Assembly (NCBI RefSeq): GCF_902459465.1
Contig: NW_022985702.1
Location: forward strand, 62,001-126,000
DNA length: 64,000 nt
Direction: 5' to 3'
Source: Asterias rubens
Lineage: Eukaryota
Of this stretch, positions 47,111 to 60,878 are shown in pieces. A model generated the notes under the pieces. It saw nothing but the letters and a program-made list of their open reading frames with translations, made no database searches and had not been told where the DNA came from. The position numbers and the translations under genes were made by a program. Within the stretch, counting starts at the first letter, position 1. Each line of letters opens with the position of its first letter.

Positions 47111-48164
47111 GATTTGAAATTTATTTTTTTACTGGCGCTAATGGGCCTTCGTAGTTTTCTTTTTTCCCCAGGAACACAAAGTATGATTTATATAACTACA
47201 CTAGCTTTCAACTTTGTGCACCACATAAGCACATCTCATTCTTGACAAACTAACATGTAACTCTTGTTTATTCCAAAGTTTTCTTTGTAAAGAACACTAA
47301 ATATACACTAATATGATTTTCAAACTGAATCCAATAAACCTTTATCATGGTGCAGCCAACTTGTTTCTCTCCCATCCAAGTTATGATTAAGATTTTTAGA
47401 TTAAAGAGGGGCTCTAAGGTAAAATTCATTTTTTGCTCCACTCATTTTCCATTCCATTTCCAGAGTCATTAAAACGTTGTAAAATGTCATTTTAACTGAT
47501 ACTTTGTATGGCACCGGGAACATGAAGTCACTGGACAATAAATGGGTCTGTACCTTCCACACATGACTATCGTAGATATTCATGAATGAACTGAAAATTC
47601 CCTGTAAAAAAATGTACATACCCACATTTTTTAAATATGACTTCATAAGATGTGTTTGGATGTTCACAGATTTTGCACTGTGGAAGGGTATCAACTAAGA
47701 AGAAATTTAATTTTATACCATTTTAAACGAGGTAAGAGACTTGTGATGTTTTTTCACTTTCATATTGACTCTTGGAAAATGAGTGCAGCAAGAAAAAATA
47801 ATAATGATTTGACCTAAGATTCCCCATTCCTTTTAAAGCTATTAAACCCCAAACTTTTACTGTGTATATTGTTTTGGGAAAGTTTGAGGTAAGATAGTTT
47901 TGAAGATAAACTAGAGATCACCGGTCTACAACACCCACTCGTTTTCATAGTTGCCCAGTGCATTGGTGAGAGCGAGCAGCTTCGCACTGATCCTTGGTTG
48001 CTTTCCCTTTGGTCTCTTCCTCTTAGACCCACATTCTGGGTTGATCCCAAGCATAACTCAAAAAAAAAAAAAAAAAAAATGTTCAGTTTTAAAAATCAGA
48101 CTTTAGTAGGAAGAATATCAAACCTACCTCGGAGGTATCCATTTACTCATGGGTATTGAGCAGA

Positions 48165-48308
48165 AATAAGTGTCTTATTCCAGGACACAAGCATCATGAC
48201 TGGCCAGTCTGGGATTCAAACCAAAATTCTCATGGCTCAGCTGACAGAACTTGAGTTTGGTGTGCTAGACCACTCAGCCACAACACTAGACCACTCAGCC
48301 ACAACACT
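48165..48308 (-). mobile_element. tRNA-derived SINE head fragment
   Basis: Minus strand has an A-box-like TGGCTGAGTGG and a B-box-like GGTTTGAATCCC, followed by cttgtgtcc; 20-bp duplication at the 5' end; no cloverleaf. Confidence 0.65.
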
Positions 48309-49443
48309 CCACGAAGCAAACTCACAAGTAAGGTCAAATGATATAAGTCAAATGACCTTAACTTTAAGTTCTAGGGAGTGGCTAAGGAGAAAAAGATTCA
48401 AACTCGTTAATTACCTCTGTAGAAATTCCAAAACAGTTGAACAGCTTTCTGGGTATTACAAATTCAACATGTAGTAGGCCCCGAACCACACGTAAATAGC
48501 CGACAGAGGATTGGTGACCTCTACCACCACAGCATCATCGATGCACAGCGAGAAGACACTGGCAGTGAGGGGTTGACCTGTGTAATTAATATTGTTTGCA
48601 ATTATAATAATAAAAATAATTTTAAAAAGGCCAATCGAGGTGAGGGCTAAAATAAAGATATAAAAAGAAAGCGTAGAAAATTGAGTCAAAACAGGAAACA
48701 GGATGCAGGTAGAGAGTTCCACAGTGAAGCAGTTTAATGACAATAACAATAATAAGAATGGCTTAGTTAATTATTGGTGGTAGTCATGTCATCAAGAGGA
48801 TGATTTTCACATCAGATGACAATAGGCCCTGGTGTGCTACCAGATAAAAAAACAAAGGAAACAATACCAGCAATAATGATTTCATACATAACATTGAGCA
48901 GAAAGAAGAAACCATATGAATGCATGATCTCTTCTTACCAGTCTTGGTATAAAGTTCATCACTCTCACTTACCACAAGTCACAAGACATGGTGATCCTGG
49001 GAGTTCCATAGTCTCAAGCTTCTGTAGTAATTTTTTTTTTTAAATTCATTGTTATCACATACAGATCAAAGACCTAGATCCATTTACATCAAACTCTTGT
49101 TTGCATTTTCACTACATTGTAAACAAATTGAAGGAAAATAAAGCCCTTAATTCTCAGTCTGTTATTTTGCCTGTCAAATTGTTATGTCTGAAAATCACAT
49201 GTGCAATATCAGTGTCGAAACCATAGGGTCTCATTAACAGGGGTGGGGGGTGGGGGGAATCAGGGATGCAACAATTTGTCTATGGGAGCAAAACCAAATT
49301 CACTCATCAGGGGTCTTGGCGGCACATCAACCGTGCCCCCCTCAATTTTTTGATTTCTTTGCAAATAAAAAAAAAGTGCACTGAACTACTACCCAAAGAA
49401 AATGGAAATAGGAGAGAAAAGCAAAATAACAGAAGATCAGTAG

Positions 49444-52400
49444 GTCTACTTCACTCTACTTACCGGTAGAGTCGATTTACTAATTTGCATATTCCCTATG
49501 CCGCCAGGCAATATTGCTAAGACTTTACACACAATAGCGCCCTCCACCGTCCTACCCACAATGCCCCATGACATGCTTGCCACGAAGTCGTCCTCTTTTC
49601 TCATAGCCACAGTTGGGTGAGGATGTAAATAATTCTGTGTCCAACAGTTTACCGTTTTTAAAATGAAATAAAAACACCTTACCTTTATGGCTGAGATTTG
49701 AAATAAAGACTGAGATTGAAGATAGTAGAGTTGTTGTTTAGTTGAAGTGTTTTAGATAAAGATCGTTATAAATGAGTAGTTCAAGGAAATGGAATTTGGG
49801 GAGGGCTCTGGCTGTCGGAACTGGGGGTACGTCCATTCCCCGGGACAGTCGCAGCCCTCGGAGGGCTGCGCCGGTGACACTCAGTCACTGGGCTCACCCT
49901 TCAACCGGCCTCAGTCGGCTGCGTCGGCTGGGGACCCACTGACCAAGGAGGGAGCCTCCCTGCTCCCCCTCTTCGATCAGCGTAAGTGGGTCCACCCAAT
50001 CTAAGGTCAAGCGCCCCGACAAGTCAAAGAAAACTAGTGCCGGGGCGGCGACCAAGAGAGGTAGGGCTAAAGGTAACTCCGTTCCGGAGCGCGCCGCGCC
50101 CTCTCTCGAGCCTCGGGGTCACTGCAGCCGGAGGGATTCCACCTCCACCTGGCTCAGTGAACCCAGCCCTCGCCAACCACGTGGGTTCCCCCACGACGGT
50201 CGTTGATGGGCCTTTGCGAGGCCACCCTACCCGATCAACACCCGCCCACGCCATAGGCGGTGGTGTGCTTGCGATGGGTAGAAGCATTGGCTTACCCGGC
50301 CCTCGCTACCACATGGGTTCCCCCACGACGGTCGTTGACGGGCTTTTGCAGGGCCGCCTTACCCAATTAACACCCGCCCACGCCATGGGCTGTGGGGCGC
50401 TTGCAATATTATGAGTTGAAGGATTGTTTACATGGAGCAGGGTAGCTGGGAGTCCCCCGGCAAACCAGGTGAAATAATTATAAATAAATTAAATTAAATA
50501 AAATAATAAAAAAAATAAAATAAAAAAAAAGTCACTCTGACAATTTTTTTTGCTTGGCTCCCACAGGGTCGGGCGTCTCCGGGATAACGAGTCAGTATGC
50601 CAAGACGATTTCATGACAGCTTTTCAGACCCTCATGGCCACATTTCCGGCCGACATGAGGTTTAGAATTTTGCCCCACCCGGGCTGTACATCCAACCCGA
50701 CTATTCCGGTCACGACTGGGTGCACACAGGTCAGGGAGGCCCCAAGGGCTTGGTTAGCTGTGCATCGGCCTCCTCTCACAGCCACTGCTCAGCACCTACC
50801 ACACACGATATTACGTGGGGTGGCGCGGGGCACTATGGACAGTCACGCACTTGGGTACAAGGGCACCATCCCCGACGGGGATCAGCCTGCACCCTTCAAG
50901 GTCCTTCGTGTCAGATAGGGGTCGGACCATCATGGTTTGGGCACAGCTCTGCCATTTGGTGGCACGCCTTTGCTGGGTGCCTCCGACCCTTTTTTGAGTC
51001 CGGCTAGCTACTCGTCCCTGGGTAAAGGACGAGTTGGCCACTAGCATTCAGCAGTCTTCAATTACCGAAACTAAATTGCGCCTTGTCAAGCGGGACAGGA
51101 CTTGGATGCCGGGCCTTCCCGTCGAGAAATCTGAGGATCATCCTGCTGAACGACAATCATTCAAGTGGAGGACAGGCCCGACTCTGCGTAGCGGAAATAA
51201 TTTTCCAGCTATGCCACTCGATTGTGTCTGCAGTGACCGTATCGAGGGCATTATGTTGGTGACCATTTGGGAATACTTACTCCAAGTGGGCGGAGACTTA
51301 TTATCAATTCCCCACGGTGGACTTCGATATATATTTTTTGAACCCAGTTCTACCAGACTCGGCGTCAGATAGACTTGCCGCCGATAGGGGGACAGCTCCT
51401 TCCAAATTTCCCTTTGCAGACAAAGCCCAAGGGAAAATGGAAGAGTATAGTTGGGAAGAGGGACTCAGTGTCACACTTTGGCATGCGCACGTCGTCCTTC
51501 CGACTCCTTCTATCCGATTACCTCACACTAGCTGGTGTTGAGGACTCGGCGGTTCGGGCAGACATGTTGGTAGCTTCCATCCATTGTCTGACAGCAGACT
51601 GCATACCGATCTGGACCAGTTTGCAAGGGTTTTGACCCTAGCAACATCGGCCTAACGGCTGCACGTCTAAGATGCGCTTTTTGTCTCCCGTCCGCAGGGC
51701 AGGACAAGCGTATTGACACGCTCCCTCTGGGGAAAGTCCTGTTTGCGGGTAATTTTCAGGAGTCCATGGAGTCCAAGGCTAAACGCCTTAAGGCCACGGA
51801 CGAGATGGACCTGAGGAAACCACAGGCCTCCACGCCACAGGCGAAGTAGCTGGGGTTGATTGGGCAGCACTTTGGAGACGAGGGGTGATGATTTTCCATT
51901 ACTTCGACGATTGGTTAATCGTGGGTCGGTCAAGGGAGATAACTTGAGGCCTCACTCCCAACCTGGGGTTCTTGGTGACAGACGAGAAGTTGCACCCAAT
52001 CCCCTCTCAGGTGTCCACCTTCATCGGTGCTGCCCTCAACTTTCAGAAGGAGCTGGCCGGCCCATCGGTGGACCAGGTGTTGAACTTGCGTCAATGCGTG
52101 GCCGCCCCCTTTTTTCCTCGGGCAATGAAGCTGGCCTGGCTCAGATTCCTGGGCCTTATAGCCAGCATGGTACAATAAGTTTGTTCACCCATGGAGACGA
52201 AACCTCATTCATTCGGGCATGGACCTTAAGTGGGCCTAGGGTCCGCAAGACGTTCTCTGAACTTTGGAGTGCGCCTGGGTCCTACGCCCCTAAAGACATG
52301 CAGTAGCACCGCGTATACCCAAGGCCTTTCCTCGGTGCGAGTCTATGCAAATTAGTAATTCGACTCTACCGGTAAGTAGAGTGCAGTAGACTCCCCCCCC

Positions 52401-52627
52401 ACAGAAGTGTGGATGGGGTCTACGAACGAATACTTACCGCTAGAGTATCCCTCCCTCCTTCCCCACATACTCGGTTCTTGGGTGCTTACATTTTGGTAGG
52501 GCTCATAGAAAAGAGGACGACTTCGTGGCAAGCATGTCATGGAGCATTGTGGGTAGGACAGTGGAGGGCGCTATTGTGTGTAAAGTCTTAGCAATATTGC
52601 CTGGTGGCATAGGAAATATGCAAATTA
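49444..52627 (+). mobile_element. Second DIRS copy of the same family: left ITR, gag remnants, RT fragment, ICR, truncated right ITR
   Basis: Starts gtctacttcactctacttaccggtagag as at 35986; FHYFDDWL-type RT remnant at about 51890; ICR at about 52334-52445; right ITR breaks at about 52627. Confidence 0.85.
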
Positions 52628-52629
52628 AT

Positions 52630-55600
52630 CTCCCAGTCAGCCCCCTCAGCCACCGCTGACAGATCTGTAACCGGCCGAGCGGGGGACCTTACGGTCTCGC
52701 CGTCTCCGCCCGTCAGAAGGGGAAATGCCCCGGTAAGGCCAAAAAGGTAGGGCTGGTGACCGTCACGACCGACGCGTCACTCCTCGGCTAGGGGGCAACC
52801 CTCCACCCGCGTCAAATCGCAGGCGTGTGGGGTTCCGAACACCGATCGGCCCACATCAACATCCTGGAAATGTTGGCAGTCTCCAACGCACTACGGTATT
52901 CCAGTCGGACGTCAGGGGCTGTGCAGTCCTGGTGAGATGGCGACATTGCCACAGTCGTGGCCTACATCAACCACTGGGGGGGCACCCGGTCGGGACGCCT
53001 GTGTGCACTGGCCTGGGATCTCATCCACTGGTGCACACAGTGGGGAACAGCACCACATTCCGGGCGTAGAGAACGTCACAGCCAACGCTCTCTCAAGGGG
53101 CTGGATTGCCCCCACGGAGTGGTCCCTTCTCCCACAGGTGGCTCGGTCGCTCTTCCACCTGATCGACCGGCCACACCTGGACCTGTTCGCCTCCTATGCG
53201 AACCACCAGTTGCCGATCTACTGCGCAAGGGGGCCAGACCCCAACGCGTGGAAGATCGATGCTCTATCAGTACAATGGGACGGCCTACTGGCCTATGCGT
53301 TCCCACCCATCTCGCTCATCTCTCGGGTTCTGACCAAGATCGAGCAGGAGGATTGTTGGGTCCTTCTCATAGCCCCGTTCTGGCCCTGCCAACCGTGGTT
53401 CCCACGACTCGTCAGGTTACTGGTCCACCGTCCGGTGATCCTACCAGGGCGAGCGGATCTCCTGTACCAGCCCAGTTCGGGGATGGTCCATTCGGCTCCG
53501 GGGGATCTTCACCTGACGTGCTGGGTGCTGTCACGCGATCCCTCTGCTCAGCAGGCCTTTCGCAACGGGCTGCAACAATCGCAGCCCAGTCACGACGGGC
53601 CTCCACCAGGAAGGTATACCACAGCCGACTACGCCATTTCTTTAAATGGTGTAGCCGGGAATCCCTCCATCCTCCCAATACTTCTGTAGGGGAGGTGGGG
53701 GATTTCCTGGTATATCTTCTAGACAGCGGCCTGACGACCGGTACGGTCAGAAATTACAGGTCAGCCATCGCCGTGATCCAGCCCCGATTCACGAACGGTT
53801 CCTCCGTCTCAGACAACGGGGCCCTTAGGGACCATGGATAAATTATGTCACGGGAACGACCGCGTCGCGACGCTTTCCTTTGCGTGACAAATCGAACAAA
53901 AGAAAAACTACGGAGTGGAACGCGTTCTCCTCAACCACCGGGTCTCGAGGAAGACCCACTGTATAACAAAGGAACAATGGTGTAGGCCGAAAACCCCTGT
54001 GTAGTTATAATCGGCTTATCTGGGTAGATAAACCCAAGTTGTAGCCCTTTTCACACAATAAGTCAAAACACAACCGCAGATTAAAAAATAAAAAATACTA
54101 CGTCTTTGCACGACCGCCATGCAAAATAATCCCCCAAAGTAAAACAAAGTCAATAGGAAAAACATCTTACAGTAAACAGTAAAACTATACTCTTTTTTGT
54201 ACATCCAAGGTGTCCAAAATGTTTCATGTTTGAACAATGAAGCCAACACGTTATGAAGTTTTTCTTAAACACGCTTAATATTTCCCAAGGAACTGCTGAA
54301 AATTCACCACGTTGCCCAAGGTACCAGCGACGGCACCAATGTTGTATGAGTTTAGCTCGGGCACCAACGCTGGTTAGTATTGCAATTTTCGGACACCAGA
54401 TTCTCCCGAAAGTCTTAATCTCAAGGCGGTTGAAACTAATTTCGTAAGCTGTTGCGCAATTTTTCCAACGGAGGGCGGCTCTCCCGCTATCACATTGTTT
54501 AGGAAAGCCCTCTAGCGATCAATGTTTCATGCATTATAGTTTGTTGCACGCAAAATAACAAGACTACTAGGCCTGAATATTGAAAACACTGTGTGTGAGT
54601 GTGTAGCTAGATGGAGTGTTTGTGTACTACGATGTAATTGTGCGTTGTGTTTTGTGTGATTGCGAGCCGGTCAGCATGATTTTGCGGTACCTTTTTGAAC
54701 GAATCTTGTAAGTGTAATCATCTCTGTAAACACGGGTCCTAATGTAACAATTAGATGTAGATCTAAATAAGTTGGCGATGATTTCAAATTTAAGAATAAT
54801 AGTCACCACTTCAACTTGTTATGGCAGTAGCATATTATTGTATTAGCTTTGGCAAACTTGAGGGTTGGCTGTACATGGACATCTCCAACCCATTGTCTGG
54901 TGTATACCTGAGCTAGACCGCAAACACTAATCCTTCACCCCTTCGTGGCTTACTTGCAAGCTGCCTTGTCCATGTAATCTGAACAACAAAAGGCACCAAC
55001 AATAGAGTTCGATAATGAGGGACCTTAAAAATCAGTGAAGCGCTTAATCCATCTTGGGACGGGCGCGTGACAATTTTGGGACGGACTCGTTCTAGAACGA
55101 GTCTGACCGCGGGCGGCCGCGTTCTTAATTTATCCATGGTCCCTTAGCCAATTTATCAAGAGGGTGTTTGTCACCTGTCCCCCAGAACGCAAACTCGTCC
55201 CGTCTTGGGACCTGTTCGACGTTCTGTCAACCTTAGCAGGGCCTCCCTACGAGCCTATGGATTGCTCCACACTACTACAGCTCTCCGTCAAATTGGCGTT
55301 TCTACTGACCGTCGCTACTTCGCGACGGCGCAGTGAGCTGCATGCCCTGTCAATAGAGACCGGACATATCCGATGGGAACCAGGCGTCATCCGCTTGATC
55401 CCCACGATCGGCTTCTTAACCAAGAACCAGTCAAGTTCCTTCACGTCCCCAGACATTTTTGTCCCGGACATTAGTCCTTTTCATCAGAGGCGAAGGACAA
55501 ACTATGGTGCCCCGTCCGGGCACTAAAGTGGTACTTGAATCGTACGAAGTCGCTTCGTACGGACCATCAGAAGCTGTTCGTGATGACAACACCGCCCTTT

Positions 55601-55890
55601 CGGCCGGCGTCACAGTGCACCATCTCACGCTGGATCGTGACCGCCATCCGCTCCGTGCTGGGCGGCTGGCCGGCGACCAAGAATACGATTCGGGCGCATG
55701 ATGTTAGGGTGTAGCCGCCTCTTGGGCCTTCTTTAAAGGGGCTCCCTTAGCAGACATCACCAAGGGGGGCCTGCTGGAAGTGCCCTAACACCTTCAGCGA
55801 CCTTTACCTGAATGATGTCCTCCAGGCAGACGGCAGAGCCGGGAGGGAAGTGCTGAAGACGACCAGTCAAGTTTCCCAGAAACGCTAACT
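52630..55890 (+). mobile_element. Third DIRS fragment: gag remnant, RNase H, MT and YR; interrupted by a Harbinger MITE
   Basis: TDAS, VAYINHWGGTRSGRL, LDLFASYANHQLP, YAFPPISL, TVRNYRSAI, TSRRRSELHAL, FLTKNQ. Confidence 0.85.
53828..55143. mobile_element. PIF/Harbinger-type non-autonomous element
   Basis: 18-bp TIR GGGACCATGGATAAATTA; TTA direct repeat at 53825-53827 and 55144-55146; removal restores the YR frame NGALSQFIKRVFVT. Confidence 0.88.
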
Positions 55891-56074
55891 GGTGAGTCCA
55901 CTTTCCTCTCTTATACATGTAATAATTTATATATTACCTATGTGCATTGGACATTTAACGAGGTGTACCTATTATGTTTTTACCCCATAATGGCGATACC
56001 CCCCTAAGATCTTGCGCACGATTCGCGGGCCCCCAGGGCCGCGCGCGTTGTTCTCGCGGTTCCACGCGCCTGTA

Positions 56075-56410
56075 CCGACCTGTTAATCATGTATCTTCCA
56101 TCAACCTTATAAGACAACAATGGGCAAAAATCCATTAACTTGGAGTATACAACACAAACAACGTCATTTGATCCTGTGTCCCTATGTTGCACTTGGTATA
56201 AGCCACAACTATGCAAATAGGTAGACTGGTGTAGCTTGACAATGAAAATCACTTCCTCTCTTGACACTAATATAAGCATGATACTAGCAAAAGTCCAGCC
56301 TCTGCCTTCCTTTACTATGAGAAACATTCCTTTCTTGTACTTTGTACCAAACATGCAAACTTTGTCAGAAACAAGACACTCTATGGCAAGTCATAAGCAA
56401 GTACAGCTTC
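56075..56410 (-). pseudogene. Probable C-terminal fragment of a third CMC/EnSpm-type transposase
   Basis: KVCMFGTKYKKGMFLIV...FASIMLILV...VIFIV...YLHSCGLYQV...CVVYSKLMDFCPLLSYKVDG pattern, recognised by eye. Confidence 0.5.
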
Positions 56411-56829
56411 TTGGACTTCTCTAACATACATATCTGGGTAGGAAAATTCTAATTCTGAGGTCTCAAAATCAAATTCGTGGAAAATTGCTTCTTTCTCAAA
56501 ACTTACATTGCTTCAGAGGGAGCCGTTTCTCACAATGTTTTGTCCGATCAACCTCTTCACATTACTTGTTACCAAAGGTTTTATGCTAATAATTATTTTG
56601 AGTCATTACCAATACTGTCCAGTGCCTTTATGATCAGTTTGTCGATGGGGAAGGACATCCGTTTTTAGGGAGGGGGTGGGGAGGGGTTGAACAACAAAGA
56701 AATTGACAAAATGAGATACCTCGCCAGCTTCATCGGCACCTTTCCATGCAGATATTTTTACTAAAAAAGATCCCAAAATTTACGAGTGAGCTTTTTTATT
56801 GTAAAGTGAACTTTTGTATTGTAAGGGTA

Positions 56830-57016
56830 AAGGCCCCGTCACACAGGCCCAGATAATGAGAACGATAACAAGAACGATAGAAATGCACGCGCTCGATTGG
56901 TTGAAATGCTCCACGCAGAATACGATCATTCAACCAATAGAGGGCGTGCATTTTTATCGTTCTCGTTATCGTTCTCGTTATCGTTCTCGTTATCGGGGCC
57001 TGTGTGACCGGGCCTT
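56830..57016. mobile_element. Near-perfect palindromic MITE, TA-flanked
   Basis: aaggccccgtcacacaggccc ... ggggcctgtgtgaccgggcctt; internal gagaacgataac/gttatcgttctc repeats; TA on both sides. Confidence 0.85.
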
Positions 57017-58100
57017 TATACACCCATCTTTGCAGGTTGTGCAATGTCCATGGCTGAATTAAATGTTTTGGTATTTTTCATAATTTATCCTTCCTTTGAT
57101 CAGAGAAAACAATCTTTTTAAAACTTTCAGTGAAAATGACCACCATCAAACCTATACAGCGCCCTCGTACGTCGCTCCAAACATCAACAATAAAATTACA
57201 GTTTGGTACCAAGACGACTTGTTTGAAATTCTTATTTAAACTAGCCCTTAAATTTGGAGGTACCCGACTAAAGCTAATGTTGAGGGGATGCCATGTGGGC
57301 AAACTGCGGCTTGCTGTTTGTTGTGAGTTGTGTGATGTGTGGTGAACGGACGTGTTTCTATGGGTTTATGTTCGCAGGGTTGGTTCAGTACGACGAATTT
57401 TAACCCTCTGTTCAGAGCCTAAAATACACAAAAGTCGCAGCGTATAAAATGACTACATTCTCTTCACGATAAGGTGAGTCGAGTTAGTTTGAGGTGATGA
57501 ACCGTTAACTGGAGTCTGGGACTGGAAGAAGAATCACACTAACTTGGGAAGCGGCAACCCCCCGTCACGTGTTGCTGCCATCGATGTCCGCGAAGGGGGA
57601 CTTCACACGACACGGTACAATGCACGGTAGCTGACCAGTGACTGGTGTGGTAGTGTCTCCTTCTTTTTGTACACACTGCGGGGGAGCCTTGGCCGGTGAG
57701 TCATTCTGTAAGGTTTTTCATGTTTTTTTTAATGCATTCAGCCCCATTTAATTCCTCTATGCTTCTTAAAGACAGTTCTTGAGTAAAAACATTTGAGCGC
57801 AAGATTTTGCTTACAATTAAGGTGGAAAATGGGGGCCAAATAAGGAAACATGACAAAGAAGGCATCTTCTTTGAAATCAAATATGGACCATTTTACAACC
57901 TCAAATGTAATTTAATTTTGTGTGGGTGGACCTTTTAATACATTTTAAATGGATGCTGATTACTTCTACAACCTATAAGGCTCCCCTAGGGGGTCTAGTA
58001 TTTTGGGCCTCCTTAACGCTATACGTTTTTCAAATCAGCGTTGATATGTGAAAGTTTTACGACCGTTAGCCAGCAATAACTGAAGTTTCTTTTGTACTAA

Positions 58101-60878
58101 GGCCGAGTAAAAAAAAAAAAACATGTTTAGCGTCCGGGTTTCTAAAAAAAAGGAAGGAGGAGGGGCTTTTTATTTTTTATTTTTTATTTTCAAGATGGCC
58201 GCCATTCTTTTAAAAATTTCAAATATACATTGTTTTTCTACTGTTCAAACACAAAATTCATAAAAGAAACATGTTGGACAAGACATTGAACACGTTTACA
58301 GTGGTTTTATTTGTTTTTTGTCAACGTAATTGCAAATTAAAAGGCAAGATTATCAAGAAAGATGCATCAAATAAAACTCATAAGTGAAAGTTTGAGTTGA
58401 AAAATGCAGTGCCTACTTATTGAGTAAACTGCAAAAAACTGTCACGGTTTTTCCATCCAATGCATCCACGTTCAACGAGCTGACAGTGGGTACCAACCTC
58501 ATCTCTGGCTGTATTGAGGGCAGCACTCCAACGGACACCATGGACATTTCTCAAAAACGCCTGCAGGCAATTTTGGAGATTCAAAGTTTTCTACATAATT
58601 TGTTAGTGTTTTTTATCAACAGGGGAACTAGACAAAATAATTTTGCTGGATGCTTACTACCACCAAGTATGCTTTCGGATAAAAAGTAATCTATTTCTTA
58701 AAACTGTGGAGTTCCAGGCAAAAATCAATTTAACGTTAAAAAATAGAACTAAATTGAACTTGAGGTTCCAATCTGTGTTCTGTGCTCTTTTTTTAATATT
58801 CCAAACATTGTGAACCAGATTTGAAAAGTAAAACTTTAAGTGTTAAAAGATCATACAACACTTGGTTCTTTCCTTGCTGAAGGAATGCAGTAAAATGACC
58901 TACTGTGGTCGAGGATTAAAGGCCCTAGTCTTCTTCTTGTGAGGTTTCTTGCCTGCATCTCTACACTCATTACACAGAGGGTAGTTCCCATCCCCAGTGA
59001 TAAGATCGTGTTCACTTCCACAAAAAAAGCACAGAGGGTCGTCAAAAGTAACATAGTATGGTGCTTCTATTGGCAAGTCACAGGTGAGTTTATCGTTGAC
59101 GTAGACTACATTGAAGACAGACTCTTCATCACCATCAGTAGAAACATCTTGAAAGCATGTGCCACAAGAGAAGGCCAACAATTCCAGTTCCCGCTCTAGT
59201 TGCCGCCTTTGCTCAGGTTTTAGAACTCGTGCTGCATAGCACACTCTCCACTTGAGGCGTTCTCCACACTGGGAAAATAAAATTGTCAAACATAAATTGA
59301 ACATTCCATATTTTGTTAATCTTAAATTTTATTCCAGCTATATTAAAAGGATTGGTGCCATTATTTTCATTTCTTGAAGGAACTCTTACTCTTCCAATGC
59401 AACACTTGGGACTCACAACAACAACATTTCTTATTGACATACTATTCCATCCAAGCCTCCCCAAGTTCCCATCAATCATTTTGATTAAACCTGTATAGTT
59501 TTTATATGAGAGTTCAGACACAATGAAAGGGCCAATTTTCAAAAAAAGGGTTAAATCCATTATTTGCTCTGTGAAAAATTCTACATTGTAAATGCAGTCA
59601 TGCATCAATACAGAAATATATGTACGTAGGGTCAGGGCTTGACCAACATGCTACAAATAAAAAGAAGGGGAAAACAGAGGGAAATAGACGTGGGTCATCT
59701 CCCAGACACAATAGAGGAAAAGGTCATGGGTCATTTCAACCCCGACACAGGATGCTACAAAAAATAGCAAAAAAGACCTGGGTCATATACCCGACAAGCC
59801 ATGCTACAAAAAAAAAGAAATGGCATGGGTCATATACCCGACACGCCATTCTAAAAAATAAAATAATCAAAGTGTGTCATGTACCCGAAACGGTTTTCCC
59901 CCCCCTGCCCTTCTATTTCTAAAAAAGTAAACAAACTTGTCAAATGTACCCAACATCACATGTACCCCATATTAATAAAGCTAATTTTTTTGATAAATTT
60001 TGAAAAACCTATTTTTAAACCAAAATACAAAAACTTTGTTTAGTAAATGTTGAGACTTGAGTACTGACCTGCGTAGTTTCATACTGGTCGCCAATGGGGT
60101 CCCCTTCGTCAAAAACTCCACTCGCAAATGAGACGAAAACATCTGTGAACGAAATCTTTGCATCCAGTACGCTACGTCCATACCACGGCTTTACTACCTT
60201 CGTTTTTGTTCGTATCAATATACAAACAAACACCATTTTCTTCCTTTCTTGAGACTTTCAACTATAAAACAAGACAGAAAACCCTAAGGCAGCCGATCAC
60301 AGACACATGCAGCTAGCTGTCAAGAGTCCATGTGGTTGTTGTCAACTCATGAAATATTAAACTTCAAATCAAGTCAAACCGAGTTTAGTTGCCGCTAGCT
60401 TCAACAGCGTTCCGCACTTGTACGTATACGGCGGCGCGTACTGAGAACACGACTGTCTAACCGACTTGTCCGAGTTTAGTATTAAATACGCAATAGTCAT
60501 GACAAACGAGTCTGTACCCCGACTTTACATGTAGCAACGACGATAAAAAAAATTGACGTATCCGGTCCACGTGAAAAAGACAAACGTTTATTACTCGTTA
60601 GTGCTACTAGAGTACAGCTAGTAATACCAAAGGATTACGGGAAAAAAATACCCGAATGGATCGTACGTACTTGGAGTGGAGATTGGGTCAACTGGACCGA
60701 TAACAATCTATAAATTGGAATTTCTGACTTGCAAGTTTTTTATTTTCCGATGGCTCGGCTGACATTTTACGATTTTTAAAATCTCATTTTGAATTGGTAA
60801 AAATAAAAATAAAATCCATGCGGCCCCCAAAAAGGAAGCGGGCGGGGACGCTAAACATAAGTTTTTTTTTACTTCGCC
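58101..60878 (-). mobile_element. Zator-type DNA transposon, internally deleted
   Basis: GG...CC termini, TIR ggccgagtaaaaaaaaaaaacatgtttagcgtcc versus ggcgaagtaaaaaaaaacttatgtttagcgtcc; TAA direct repeat at 58098-58100 and 60879-60881; Cys-rich C-terminal fragment present, no DDE core seen. Confidence 0.7.
58900..59270 (-). pseudogene. Cys-rich transposase C-terminal fragment
   Basis: CGERLKWRVCYAARVL...FSCG...LTCDLPIEAPYY...LCFFCGS...YPLCNECRDAGK. Confidence 0.65.
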
